Shown here: positions 29,844 through 38,875 of the stretch, in pieces | How the letters are laid out: each line of letters begins with the position of its first letter | Numbering within the stretch: position 1 is the first letter of the stretch | Source of the DNA: Planctomycetota bacterium | GTDB lineage: Bacteria > Planctomycetota > Planctomycetia > Pirellulales > Thermoguttaceae | Length of the DNA stretch: 50,616 nucleotides | Assembly (NCBI GenBank): GCA_030611515.1 | Contig: JAUWPQ010000001.1 | Coordinates: forward strand, 1 to 50,616 | Direction: 5' to 3' | The notes under the pieces: model-generated | What the model was told of the DNA's origin: nothing | What the model saw: only the letters and a program-made list of their open reading frames with translations | The model's database searches: none | Program-made: the position numbers and the translations under genes

Positions 29844-29956
29844 GGAGTCCACTATAAAGCCGCGACCGTTGGTCGCGCCATTCCATCCACGACCATCGGT
29901 CGCGTCGGCGGGACGGCCGATTGTCGGCGGAATCACAGCGGACGCGACCAACGGTC
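29844..29956. repeat. REP-doublet-like element (family E)
   Basis: ATAAAGCCGCGACCGTTGGTCGCG (29844-29867) has its exact reverse complement at 29933-29956. Each arm contains the hairpin GCGACC-GT-TGGTCGC. A third degenerate hairpin, CGACCATCGGTCGCG, lies at 29880-29894. Confidence 0.8.
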
Positions 29957-29977
29957 GCGGCTTTATGGCGATGAGGT

Positions 29978-30651
29978 CTACCCCCGCGGAGTTATCCCGA
30001 GTGCCCGGTAGAGTTGCGGATCGGAGAGGCTATCGACCACCAACGACGCCGCGCCAAAGTCGTGTTCCCGGCTGTGTTCGCCGGGCACCGCCACGACGAA
30101 CGCACCCGCCGCGGCCGCCGCGGCGCAGCCGTTCTCGCTGTCCTCGAGCACCATCATCTCCCCCGACGGAATCTCCAGCCGCCGGGCCGCCGCCAGATAT
30201 ATCTCCGGGTGCGGCTTGCCGTTTTCCACGTCCTCGGCGGCGAGAACGAACTGAAACCGTCCGACAAAGCCGAACGGCTCCAGACAAGCGGCGACCAGCT
30301 CACTGCTGCTGCTGGTGCCGATCGCCTTGGGTATTTCGGCGCGCTCCAGGGCATCGAGCAGCTCCATCAGCCCCGGCATGGGCTTCAATCTGTCGCCCAG
30401 TATTTCGAGGAACAAACGGTTCGATTCGGCGACCAACTGCTGCCAGGTCTCGGCGAGGTTGCAGTGGCGGATCATGGCCTCGAAGGCGGGCCGCGGCCGC
30501 AAGCCCATCATCCGGTTCTTCAACTCGGGCGTGAATTCGTGCCCTCGCCGCCGCAGCAACCGCGATCCCACCTCGCCGTACACGTCCTCCGTGTTGAACA
30601 TCAATCCGTCCATGTCGAAAACGACGGCGCGTATCCGGTTCTCGTTCGTAT

Positions 30652-30655
<4 letters not shown>
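29978..30655 (-). CDS. HAD-superfamily hydrolase (beta-phosphoglucomutase/phosphatase-like)
   Basis: Motif I VVFDMDGLMFNTE, motif II IGTSSS, and motif IV EDSENG. Confidence 0.8.
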
Positions 30656-32334
<1,679 letters not shown>

Positions 32335-32346
32335 CGGGGGAAGTGG

Positions 32347-32688
32347 CTAGGGGAGAGGGGAGAGGGGAGAGGGGAGAGGAGAGAGAAGATAAAACAAAAC
32401 AGTAGTCAACTCGGCAGCGCAAGCCGCAATCAGATACGGCCATGCGACGCGAACAACGGGATGTAAGCTCGAAAGCCCCCAATCGGTGAAAAACAAGGTC
32501 GCCATAATCAGAATGGATGTGACGCCCGCGAAACCGGCGATTTTTAATTGCCGGACAATTGCAAACCCGATACAGCCGACGGCGTTCATCCCCGACAGAA
32601 CCAACAACGCCACCGGCCATGCGAAAACAACAAACAGCGCACCGACGACCGCCGCAACGGAAAAAAACGAAAGCAGTCGCAATAGCAT
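32347..32688 (-). CDS. small hydrophobic protein (3-4 TM), hypothetical
   Basis: ATG at 32688 (MLLRLLSFFSVAAVVGALFVVFAWPVALLVL...). The track start at 32727 is TTG. The C-terminal [11 protein letters not shown] tail is encoded by the flanking repeat. Confidence 0.4.
   Translation of the reverse strand: MLLRLLSFFSVAAVVGALFVVFAWPVALLVLSGMNAVGCIGFAIVRQLKIAGFAGVTSILIMATLFFTDWGLSSLHPVVRVAWPYLIAACAAELTTVLFYLLSPLPSPLSPLP
32349..32389. repeat. polypurine short-period array (GGGGAGAGG)n
   Basis: AGGGGAGAGGGGAGAGGGGAGAGGGGAGAGGAGAGAGAAGA. Its inverted partner is at 32738..32765. Confidence 0.85.
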
Positions 32689-32734
32689 GTCATTTCTCCA
32701 AACCTCGCCGGTCAAGCCCGGCCGCAAGACATCT

Positions 32735-34288
32735 CTACTCTCCCCTCTCCCCTCTCCCCTCTCCCAGCGCCGCGATGCTCTTGAAATCGTCCTTCAGCGA
32801 GCGGTAAAGCTGCTGGTAGATGGGGAAAGCACGGTCATAATGTTTTTTGGCCTTCCGATCGACCGGCGTTTCCCGAACCTCGCGGATCGACGCGGCGCAG
32901 GCTTCTTTGATATTCTTAAAGGCCCCGGCGCCGACGGCCGCCAACAGCGCCGCGCCGTAGGCCGCTCCCTCCTCGCTGTTGATCGTCGCCACCTTGCGGC
33001 CGAATACATTGGCCTGGATTTGCCGCCAGAGCGGGCTGCGCGATCCGCCGCCGGAGGCCCGAATCCGCCGCACCGGCACGCCCAACCGCTCAAATATCTC
33101 CAAACTCTCGCGCATCGAATACGTCACGCCCTCCATGATCGCTCGCACCAGATGTCCGCGAGTGTGTGCGGCCGTCAGACCGACGAAACAGCCGCGTGCG
33201 TCGGGGTCGGCGTGAGGGGTCCGCTCGCCGGAGAGGTACGGCAGGAAGAACAGTCCCTCGCTGCCGACCGGTGTTTTTTCCGCCTCCTCGGCCAACAGGT
33301 CGTAGACATCGCGTTTAGCGCGTTTTGCCGCCGCTTGGTCCGCTTGGCAGAGTGCGTTGCGGAACCATTGCAGCGATCCGCCGGCCGAGAGGTTCACGCC
33401 CATCATGTGCCAGCGGCCGCGGACGGCGTGGCAGAAGGTATGTACGCGCCCCAGCGGGTCGATCTTCACCTCGTCGCTGTGGACGAACATCACGCCGGAG
33501 GTGCCGATCGAGGTGGAGAGGACTCCGCGGGCGACGATGCCGTTTCCGACCGCTCCGGCGGCGCAGTCGCCCGCCCCGGCGACCACCACGCAATCGGCGG
33601 TCAGCCCAAGCAGCTTCGCCGCCTGCGGGGTGAGCTTGCCGGTGATGTCCTCCGATTCACAACACTCGGCCAGCAAGTCGGCGTCCAGTTCCAAGGCCGA
33701 GAGGAGTTTTTTCGACCATCGGCGCCGAGCAACGTCCAACAGCAACATGCCGCTGGCGTCGCTCACGTCGGTTGCGTACTCTCCGGTCAACCGGCGGCGG
33801 ATTTCATCCTTCGGCAACAGCACTTTGCGCGTGGCCTCGAAATGTTTCGGCTCGTGGTTTCGCAGCCAGAGGATTTTCGGGGCGGTGAATCCGGTTAGGG
33901 CCGGGTTGGCGACCATCTTGATCAATTTTGCCCGGCCGCCTGCGCGGCGCTCGATCTCGGCGCACTCGGCGGCGGTCCGCTGGTCGTTCCAAAGTATCGC
34001 CCGGCGAATGACCTTGTCGTTTCGGTCGAGAAACACGGAGCCGTGCATTTGGCCCGACAGCCCGATCGACTTTACGTCGGTCGGCTTGATTTTGGCCCTG
34101 GCCATCGTCTTGCGAACCGAGCGGACCGTCGCCCGCCACCAGTCGTCGGGGTCTTGCTCGCTCCACAGCGGCTTGGGGAAGTGGCAGGGATAGGTTTCGG
34201 TGGCCGAGGCCAAGACCTTGCCTTTTTCGTCGATGGCCAGCGTCTTCGTGCCGGAAGTGCCGATGTCGATGCCCAAAAACGCGCTCAT
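32735..34288 (-). CDS. xylB: xylulokinase
   Basis: 517 aa. [21 protein letters not shown]-terminus, FGGY-family motifs ([27 protein letters not shown]). The last 9 or so residues derive from the repeat. Confidence 0.85.
   Translation of the reverse strand: MSAFLGIDIGTSGTKTLAIDEKGKVLASATETYPCHFPKPLWSEQDPDDWWRATVRSVRKTMARAKIKPTDVKSIGLSGQMHGSVFLDRNDKVIRRAILWNDQRTAAECAEIERRAGGRAKLIKMVANPALTGFTAPKILWLRNHEPKHFEATRKVLLPKDEIRRRLTGEYATDVSDASGMLLLDVARRRWSKKLLSALELDADLLAECCESEDITGKLTPQAAKLLGLTADCVVVAGAGDCAAGAVGNGIVARGVLSTSIGTSGVMFVHSDEVKIDPLGRVHTFCHAVRGRWHMMGVNLSAGGSLQWFRNALCQADQAAAKRAKRDVYDLLAEEAEKTPVGSEGLFFLPYLSGERTPHADPDARGCFVGLTAAHTRGHLVRAIMEGVTYSMRESLEIFERLGVPVRRIRASGGGSRSPLWRQIQANVFGRKVATINSEEGAAYGAALLAAVGAGAFKNIKEACAASIREVRETPVDRKAKKHYDRAFPIYQQLYRSLKDDFKSIAALGEGRGERGE
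32738..32765. repeat. polypyrimidine array (CCTCTCCCC)n, inverted partner of 32349..32389
   Basis: CTCTCCCCTCTCCCCTCTCCCCTCTCCC. It encodes the GEGRGERGE tail of xylB on the minus strand. Confidence 0.85.
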
Positions 34289-34433
34289 GGTGGTCTCGTT
34301 CTTGTTCGGGACAATCTAACGCAATATGTATTGCCGGATTGTAACCCGGACGATGGTGATCGGGCAACGGGTCCATTGACCGAGCGCACTGTTTTGGTCT
34401 AATGAGATATTGGACCGTAATCGTAAGTCTGCC

Positions 34434-36026
34434 ATGAAATCAACATATATTCATCTCGCCGCCGGCCAACTGGCCGCTGAAGCGGCCAGCCCTCGTCTCG
34501 CCCCTCGCCCCTCGCCCCTCGCCCCTCTTTCCTGCCTGCTACTGATTCTGGCCGGGTGTCCCCGCCCCGAATCGGAACCGCAGCCCGGCCACGACCGTCT
34601 GCCGCTTGAGGGAGTGACGCTTCGGCTGGCCGTGGTTGACGATCCGGCGCTGGCGGCCGCCGTGGTTCAAGCGCGCGGAGAATGGAACGCACAAACCGGC
34701 GCGGAGCTTGAAGTTACGGAAATCTCGGAAAAAGAATTGGAACGGGCCGAAACGCTGCCGGCCGACGCCGTGCTCTGTCCCTCCCACACGCTGGGCATCC
34801 TCGCCGAACGGGACTTGATCGAACCAGTGCCGAAAAACATCATCCGCGGCGATCAGTGGAACGGCATCTTCGACTTGCCAAAACTCCGCGAAGCAGCTTG
34901 GGGGGGGCGGATCGTGGCCGTTCCGTTCGGCTCGCCGGTTTTCTGCTGCTACTACCGCGCCGACCTGCTGGAAAAACTCGGCCGCCGCCCGCCACGGACG
35001 TGGAGCGAGTATCGGGAACTGGCGGAGCTATTGGCGAAAAACTCCCCTCTCCCTTTGGGAAAAGGGCCGGAAGCAAACTCCCCTCTCCCTTTGGGAGAGG
35101 GGCCGGGGGTGAGGGCACCTTGGTCCGCCACAATCGAGCCGCTCGCCCCCGGCTGGGCCGGCTTGACGCTGCTGGCCCGGGCAGCGCCCTACGCAAAACA
35201 CCGCGACAATTTTTCCACGCTGTTCAACATCGAAACGATGGCGCCGTTGATTGCCGGAGAGCCTATAGTCCACGCGCTGGAAGAGCTTGTGGCCACGGCC
35301 GAACTGGGGCCTGATGATCCGTTTCAATTCGATCCGGCCAAGGTCCGTGCGGCGTTCCGGCGGGGCGAGTGCGGCATGGCGATCTCCTGGCCCACGGCCG
35401 CCGTTGAAGAGAGGGGAGAGGGGAGAGGGGGGAGGGGAGAGTTTGGAGGGCTGGCCGCTTCAGCGGCCAGTGATTCGGCCCGCGTCGGATTCGTCGAACT
35501 CCCCGGCTCGCGGCGGGTCTTCAACCTCTCCAAAAACGAGTGGGACAAACGAGCGGACGACGACGATCGCCATGTGCCGCTGCTGGCCGTGGCCGGCCAG
35601 ATGGGCGTGGTCGCCAAGGGATCGACCAATCGCAAGGCCGCTTTCCAGTTGCTCTTGTGGCTCTCCGACGACCGGATGAGTCCGCAGATCAGCGCGCTGA
35701 GTCCGGCGACGACCATGTTCCGCCAGTCGAACCTGGATGTTCCCGGCCAGTGGGTCGAAGAAACGGTCCTCCACGCCGCCGCGTCGCAATACGGCGAGGC
35801 GACCCTGGCCGCCTTCAGTCACGAGCAATGGCTCGGGGCCTTGCGTATCCCCGGCCGGGCGGAATATCTCGCCGCCTTGGACGAAGCGGTCGCGGCGGCC
35901 GTCCGCGGCGAGAAATCGGCTCAAGAAGCCCTGCAACAAGCCGAGACCAAATGGCGAGAAATCACCAACCGCCTCGGCCTCGACCGCCAAAAAGCCGCCT
36001 ATCGGCACAGCGTAGGACTGGAGTAA
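34434..36026 (+). CDS. ABC transporter extracellular solute-binding lipoprotein (family 1-like)
   Basis: ATG at 34434. Lipobox-like LLILAGC, and an SBP-like body (VPFGSPVFCCYYRADLLEKLG, WSEYRELAELL, ISWPTAA). It carries four in-frame repeat insertions. The stop codon TAA (36024-36026) is the first 3 nt of a REP copy. Confidence 0.65.
   Translation: MKSTYIHLAAGQLAAEAASPRLAPRPSPLAPLSCLLLILAGCPRPESEPQPGHDRLPLEGVTLRLAVVDDPALAAAVVQARGEWNAQTGAELEVTEISEKELERAETLPADAVLCPSHTLGILAERDLIEPVPKNIIRGDQWNGIFDLPKLREAAWGGRIVAVPFGSPVFCCYYRADLLEKLGRRPPRTWSEYRELAELLAKNSPLPLGKGPEANSPLPLGEGPGVRAPWSATIEPLAPGWAGLTLLARAAPYAKHRDNFSTLFNIETMAPLIAGEPIVHALEELVATAELGPDDPFQFDPAKVRAAFRRGECGMAISWPTAAVEERGEGRGGRGEFGGLAASAASDSARVGFVELPGSRRVFNLSKNEWDKRADDDDRHVPLLAVAGQMGVVAKGSTNRKAAFQLLLWLSDDRMSPQISALSPATTMFRQSNLDVPGQWVEETVLHAAASQYGEATLAAFSHEQWLGALRIPGRAEYLAALDEAVAAAVRGEKSAQEALQQAETKWREITNRLGLDRQKAAYRHSVGLE
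34469..34527. repeat. composite element: CTGGCCGCTGAAGCGGCCAGCCCTC hairpin plus (GCCCCTC)n tract, copy 1
   Basis: Same architecture as 38876..38944 (same orientation) and 35408..35470 (inverted). It lies in the signal-peptide n-region of the SBP. Confidence 0.8.
35041..35110. repeat. tandem pair of terminator-like hairpin units inside the SBP CDS
   Basis: ACTCCCCTCTCCCTTTGGGAAAAGGGCCGGAAG and ACTCCCCTCTCCCTTTGGGAGAGGGGCCGGGGG. The second unit forms CCCCTCTCCC-TTT-GGGAGAGGGG, the complement-loop version of the 13418 terminator stem. It is translated as NSPLPLGKGPEANSPLPLGEGPG. Confidence 0.8.
35408..35470. repeat. composite element, copy 2 (inverted): (GGGGAGA)n tract plus GAGGGCTGGCCGCTTCAGCGGCCAG
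   Basis: Reverse-complement architecture of 34469..34527. In frame in the SBP (EERGEGRGGRGEFGGLAASAAS). Confidence 0.8.
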
Positions 36027-36079
36027 ACGGGACAGGTCTAATTACCAACAGATTGCGAGCCTTTTGTCAGGATGCTCAC

Positions 36080-36143
36080 ATGCCGAGAACCGCACGTATT
36101 GCCCCTGGCGGAATGGTGTTCCACGTTCTCAACCGACGACGAA
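36080..36143 (+). pseudogene. truncated duplicate of the RAYT gene 5' end
   Basis: Part of a roughly 120-bp tandem duplication (36024-36143 versus 36144-36263). It encodes MPRTARIAPGGMVFHVLNR and then diverges. Confidence 0.7.
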
Positions 36144-36199
36144 TAAACGGGACAGGTCTAATTACCGACGGATTGCGAGTCTCTTGTTAGGATGCTCCC

Positions 36200-36889
36200 A
36201 TGCCAAGAACCGCACGCATTGCCCCTGGCGGGATGGTGTTCCACGTTCTCAACCGCGGCGTGGGGCGGATGAATCTGTTCGCTAAGGATGGCGACTATGA
36301 GGCGTTCGAGCGGAGCATCGAGAAGACGCTGGAAAGCTGCCCGATGCGTATCTGCGCCTACTGCTTGATGCCCAACCATTGGCACTTCGTATTTTGGCCG
36401 CAGCAGGACGGCGATCTGGGAGCTTTCATGCAGAAGCTTACCGTCACACACGTGCGTAATTGGCAAGAACATCGGCGGCGGGTTGGTTACGGACACGTGT
36501 ACCAAGGCCGCTATAAGTCGTTTCCGGTGGAGGCCGACGAGTATTTCTACCAGGTGATGCGTTACGTGGAGCGGAACGCCTTGCGGTCGAATCTCGTCGC
36601 CCGGGCCGAGGCATGGCGATGGGGCAGTCTGTGGCGTCGCGTGTGTGGCAAGCCTTCCGACCGCAAGTGGCTCAGCAAGTGGCCGCTGCCCATTCCGCGT
36701 GGCTGGAAAGACCTTGTCAACCAGCCACAAACGGAAGCCGAGTTGGAGGCGATTCGTCGGAGCGTGGCCCGAGGCCAGCCCTACGGCAACAACGCCTGGA
36801 GAAAACAAACCGCAAAGGATTTGGGGCTTGAATCGACGATGCGGCCCCGCGGACGGCCCTGGGACCGGGCGACAACACACGATAATTAG
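36200..36889 (+). CDS. REP-associated tyrosine transposase (RAYT; IS200/IS605-type Y1 transposase family)
   Basis: 229 aa. MVFHVLNRGV..., CAYCLMPNHWHFVFWP (HUH-like HWH), and GHVYQGRYKSFPVE (catalytic Tyr region). Flanked by inverted 21-nt repeats at 36144 and 36884. Confidence 0.8.
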   Translation: MPRTARIAPGGMVFHVLNRGVGRMNLFAKDGDYEAFERSIEKTLESCPMRICAYCLMPNHWHFVFWPQQDGDLGAFMQKLTVTHVRNWQEHRRRVGYGHVYQGRYKSFPVEADEYFYQVMRYVERNALRSNLVARAEAWRWGSLWRRVCGKPSDRKWLSKWPLPIPRGWKDLVNQPQTEAELEAIRRSVARGQPYGNNAWRKQTAKDLGLESTMRPRGRPWDRATTHDN

Positions 36890-36914
36890 ACCTGTCCCGT
36901 TTATTTCGCCTCGT

Positions 36915-37841
36915 TTATTTCGCCTTGGGGTACCGGATGCCAATTGAAACCGCCGCTTGGCCCGGCACCATCCCCATCTCAATCGTAGCCCCGTCCGCCA
37001 TTAACCCAACAAAACCTTCTTCGATCGTCTTGTCGGCACCAGTGATCACACGGTCGGGCGGTAATTCTGCAAGGCCACACTCGTCTATCGTTCGCAGCAG
37101 TTCGGCAGTGGAAGTCAAAAACCACTCCCTGCCAAGGGAAGCCGGACTTCTTCTACCGAGTGATCGCAGTCGCTTATGGACCTGTGTTTCTAAGTGCCTT
37201 CCATCCCAGGTACTAAACACAAGAAGCACTTTTGGTTTTTCCGGGAAACCGGCTCTTTCAACAATCTGCGACCGGATTCGACCGAAGGCACCATCGCAAG
37301 AGTTCTTCGAGAAGCCGACCTTGACCGGATAGTGTTCGTCACGCCTGACTGTCGCCAACTCGATCAAGGATGGGAATGTAAAAGCATACAAATCCTGATC
37401 GCCGACGCCTTTGAAAATCGTCTCCGATATTGTGAGGTATTCGCCGTAGTACTTTGCAATCCAGCTTTCACGGCACGTTGCAGCGACCAGTGGATCTGCA
37501 TCAAATCGCGTGTTCCGATTTTGTACGATCAGTTCGTCTGCGACGGCTCTCACAGAATCCTCGGTTACTCGTTGAAAGGCGCATCGCTTCAGACGAAGTT
37601 TCTGTCCCGCATCGAATATTACATCTGCAAATGTATAGCCGTCGGTCGTTTCGGAAATTGTCCAACCCAGTGCTCCAATGTGGAGTTCAGCGCCGTAGGA
37701 TCGGAGATCGTGAACCAGCACGATTCGTTCGCGGTTCTCAACGTCGAGGCACAAGCGGCCACCAATGTCGTACGTATGCAAATAGCCATTGACGATCTCG
37801 CGCCGTGAAATTTTCGGTAGTGGCTTCGATTTTGTAGCCAA
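36915..37841 (-). CDS. hypothetical protein: unassigned N-terminal domain plus C-terminal T5orf172/MUG113-like (GIY-YIG superfamily) domain
   Basis: 308 aa with a TTG start. The C-terminal half (LYAFTFPSL...YPVKVGFSKNS...GRIRSQ...LLVFSTWDGRHLETQVHKRLRS...GREWFLTSTAELLRTI) follows the T5orf172 pattern. The N-terminal 150 or so residues are unrecognised. The domain call was made by eye only. Confidence 0.55.
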   Translation of the reverse strand: MATKSKPLPKISRREIVNGYLHTYDIGGRLCLDVENRERIVLVHDLRSYGAELHIGALGWTISETTDGYTFADVIFDAGQKLRLKRCAFQRVTEDSVRAVADELIVQNRNTRFDADPLVAATCRESWIAKYYGEYLTISETIFKGVGDQDLYAFTFPSLIELATVRRDEHYPVKVGFSKNSCDGAFGRIRSQIVERAGFPEKPKVLLVFSTWDGRHLETQVHKRLRSLGRRSPASLGREWFLTSTAELLRTIDECGLAELPPDRVITGADKTIEEGFVGLMADGATIEMGMVPGQAAVSIGIRYPKAK

Positions 37842-37960
37842 GATTCTTCCAATCTGTTGGGGCCGAATGACAGGGATGATCAGGTGGCCGGGAGCGAGCC
37901 AGCCATCCCGAAAACTTCAGCTACCGGCCACTCTGGTCTATCCCTTGTTCGACGAGCGTC

Positions 37961-38482
37961 CTATGAACGCCCAAGTAGAGTACGCGCCTCGTTTCCTATG
38001 GCATCAGCAAGCACCTTATGCAGACGTTGGAGTTCATTGTGTTGAGCCTGGAAACCCGCTTGATCTAATACGCCAAGGCGTGTTGCCAATGACTGTGGAG
38101 ATAATAGCAACTCTGGTGGTTGGTGATCGGCGTCGACAAAGTGACGGAGTGCCCATGAATGATACGATCGTAGTTTCGCCGTGTATTCCGATACCGCGGT
38201 TTGTAGACCAGGGAAATACAGAATGGTCAAGGATTCTAAGGGAAAGAAAGCGATGGCCGGATGCGTATTGGCGCTGTCTTGAAATGCAGTTGTCCCTTCA
38301 AAATGCTCTCGCCATTCCGTTGTCTGCCGCAGCGCCAGAGTCAGATCTTCGAGCTTCTGAAGCAGCGTGGTGGTTCGTCTGTGTTTGCGTTCAAGCCACG
38401 ATGAAAGCATGGAGACGGATGCGCCAATGGCCGTGCCAACGATGGCGGCGGATGCGGCGATGATCGCGGGCCAGTAGTCCAT
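37961..38482 (-). CDS. hypothetical single-pass membrane protein
   Basis: 173 aa with an ATG start. N-terminal helix YWPAIIAASAAIVGTAIGASVSMLSSWL followed by a basic stretch (ERKHRR). The rest is helical-looking with no known motif. It lies 119 nt upstream of, and co-directional with, 36915..37841. Confidence 0.5.
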   Translation of the reverse strand: MDYWPAIIAASAAIVGTAIGASVSMLSSWLERKHRRTTTLLQKLEDLTLALRQTTEWREHFEGTTAFQDSANTHPAIAFFPLESLTILYFPGLQTAVSEYTAKLRSYHSWALRHFVDADHQPPELLLSPQSLATRLGVLDQAGFQAQHNELQRLHKVLADAIGNEARTLLGRS

Positions 38483-38592
38483 CGTTGTGTCCTTCCTGCT
38501 CGTCGAACTTACCCTGTATCACGAATTCCAGCAACCTGAGTATAACAAGGCTCAAGGGCGAGTAAACGGGCGAGTAAACGGTAAACGAACGG

Positions 38593-38714
38593 TAAACGGG
38601 ACAGGTCTAATTATCGCGTACTATTCCAAAAACCGTGCGAACGGCCTGTAACAAATGGCTTTCCTGATGCGGGCCGTCGCAAAGGAACGTAATAATTAGA
38701 CCTGTCCCGTTTAC
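38593..38714. repeat. REP doublet of the RAYT-associated 21-mer
   Basis: TAAACGGGACAGGTCTAATTA (38593-38613) and TAATTAGACCTGTCCCGTTTA (38694-38714), separated by 80 nt. Preceded by degenerate GTAAACG tandem copies (38562-38592). Confidence 0.85.
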
Positions 38715-38721
38715 TCGTCCG

Positions 38722-38863
38722 CGAAGCGGTCGCGGCGGCCGTCCGCGGCGAGAAAGCGGCTCAAGAAGCCCTGCAACAAGCCGAGACCAAATGGCGAGAA
38801 ATCACCAACCGCCTCGGCCTCGACCGCCAAAAAGCCGCATACCGACACAGCGTGGGGCTATAA
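38722..38863 (+). repeat. duplicated 3' end of the SBP gene (orphan copy)
   Basis: Aligns to 35882-36026. It reads EAVAAAVRGEKAAQEALQQAETKWREITNRLGLDRQKAAYRHSVGL-stop in frame. The first 110 or so nt have 1 mismatch. The last 9 codons differ at 6 third positions, all synonymous. Confidence 0.85.
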
Positions 38864-38875
38864 AATCGTCGATTG

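Larger units (their letters stand above)
36024..38714. mobile_element. REP/RAYT-bounded insertion (Y1 transposase plus 2-gene cargo)
   Basis: Five copies of the 21-nt TAAACGGGACAGGTCTAATTA: direct at 36024, 36144 and 38593; inverted at 36884 and 38694. AT-richer interior (line 37201-37260 has 28/60 G+C). Flanked by duplicated copies of the SBP 3' end (35882-36026 and 38722-38863). Confidence 0.75.

Noticed and set aside
36158-36982. 274-aa minus-strand ORF antisense to the RAYT gene.
   Set aside because: It runs across the REP repeats and the RAYT CDS, has no recognisable motif, and the plus-strand frame carries the HUH/Tyr transposase signature.
37842-37862. The 10-mer CCAACAGATT shared between the region upstream of the T5orf172-like gene (minus strand) and the sequence following the first REP (36045).
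   Set aside because: A single 10-nt match in 2 x 50 kb is close to chance expectation, and there is no extended similarity around it.
36024-38714. The five spaced copies of a 21-nt repeat as a possible CRISPR array.
   Set aside because: The copies are in mixed orientation, the spacing is irregular (100 nt, 720 nt, 1.7 kb, 80 nt), the intervals contain full genes, and no cas genes are present. This is REP/RAYT architecture.
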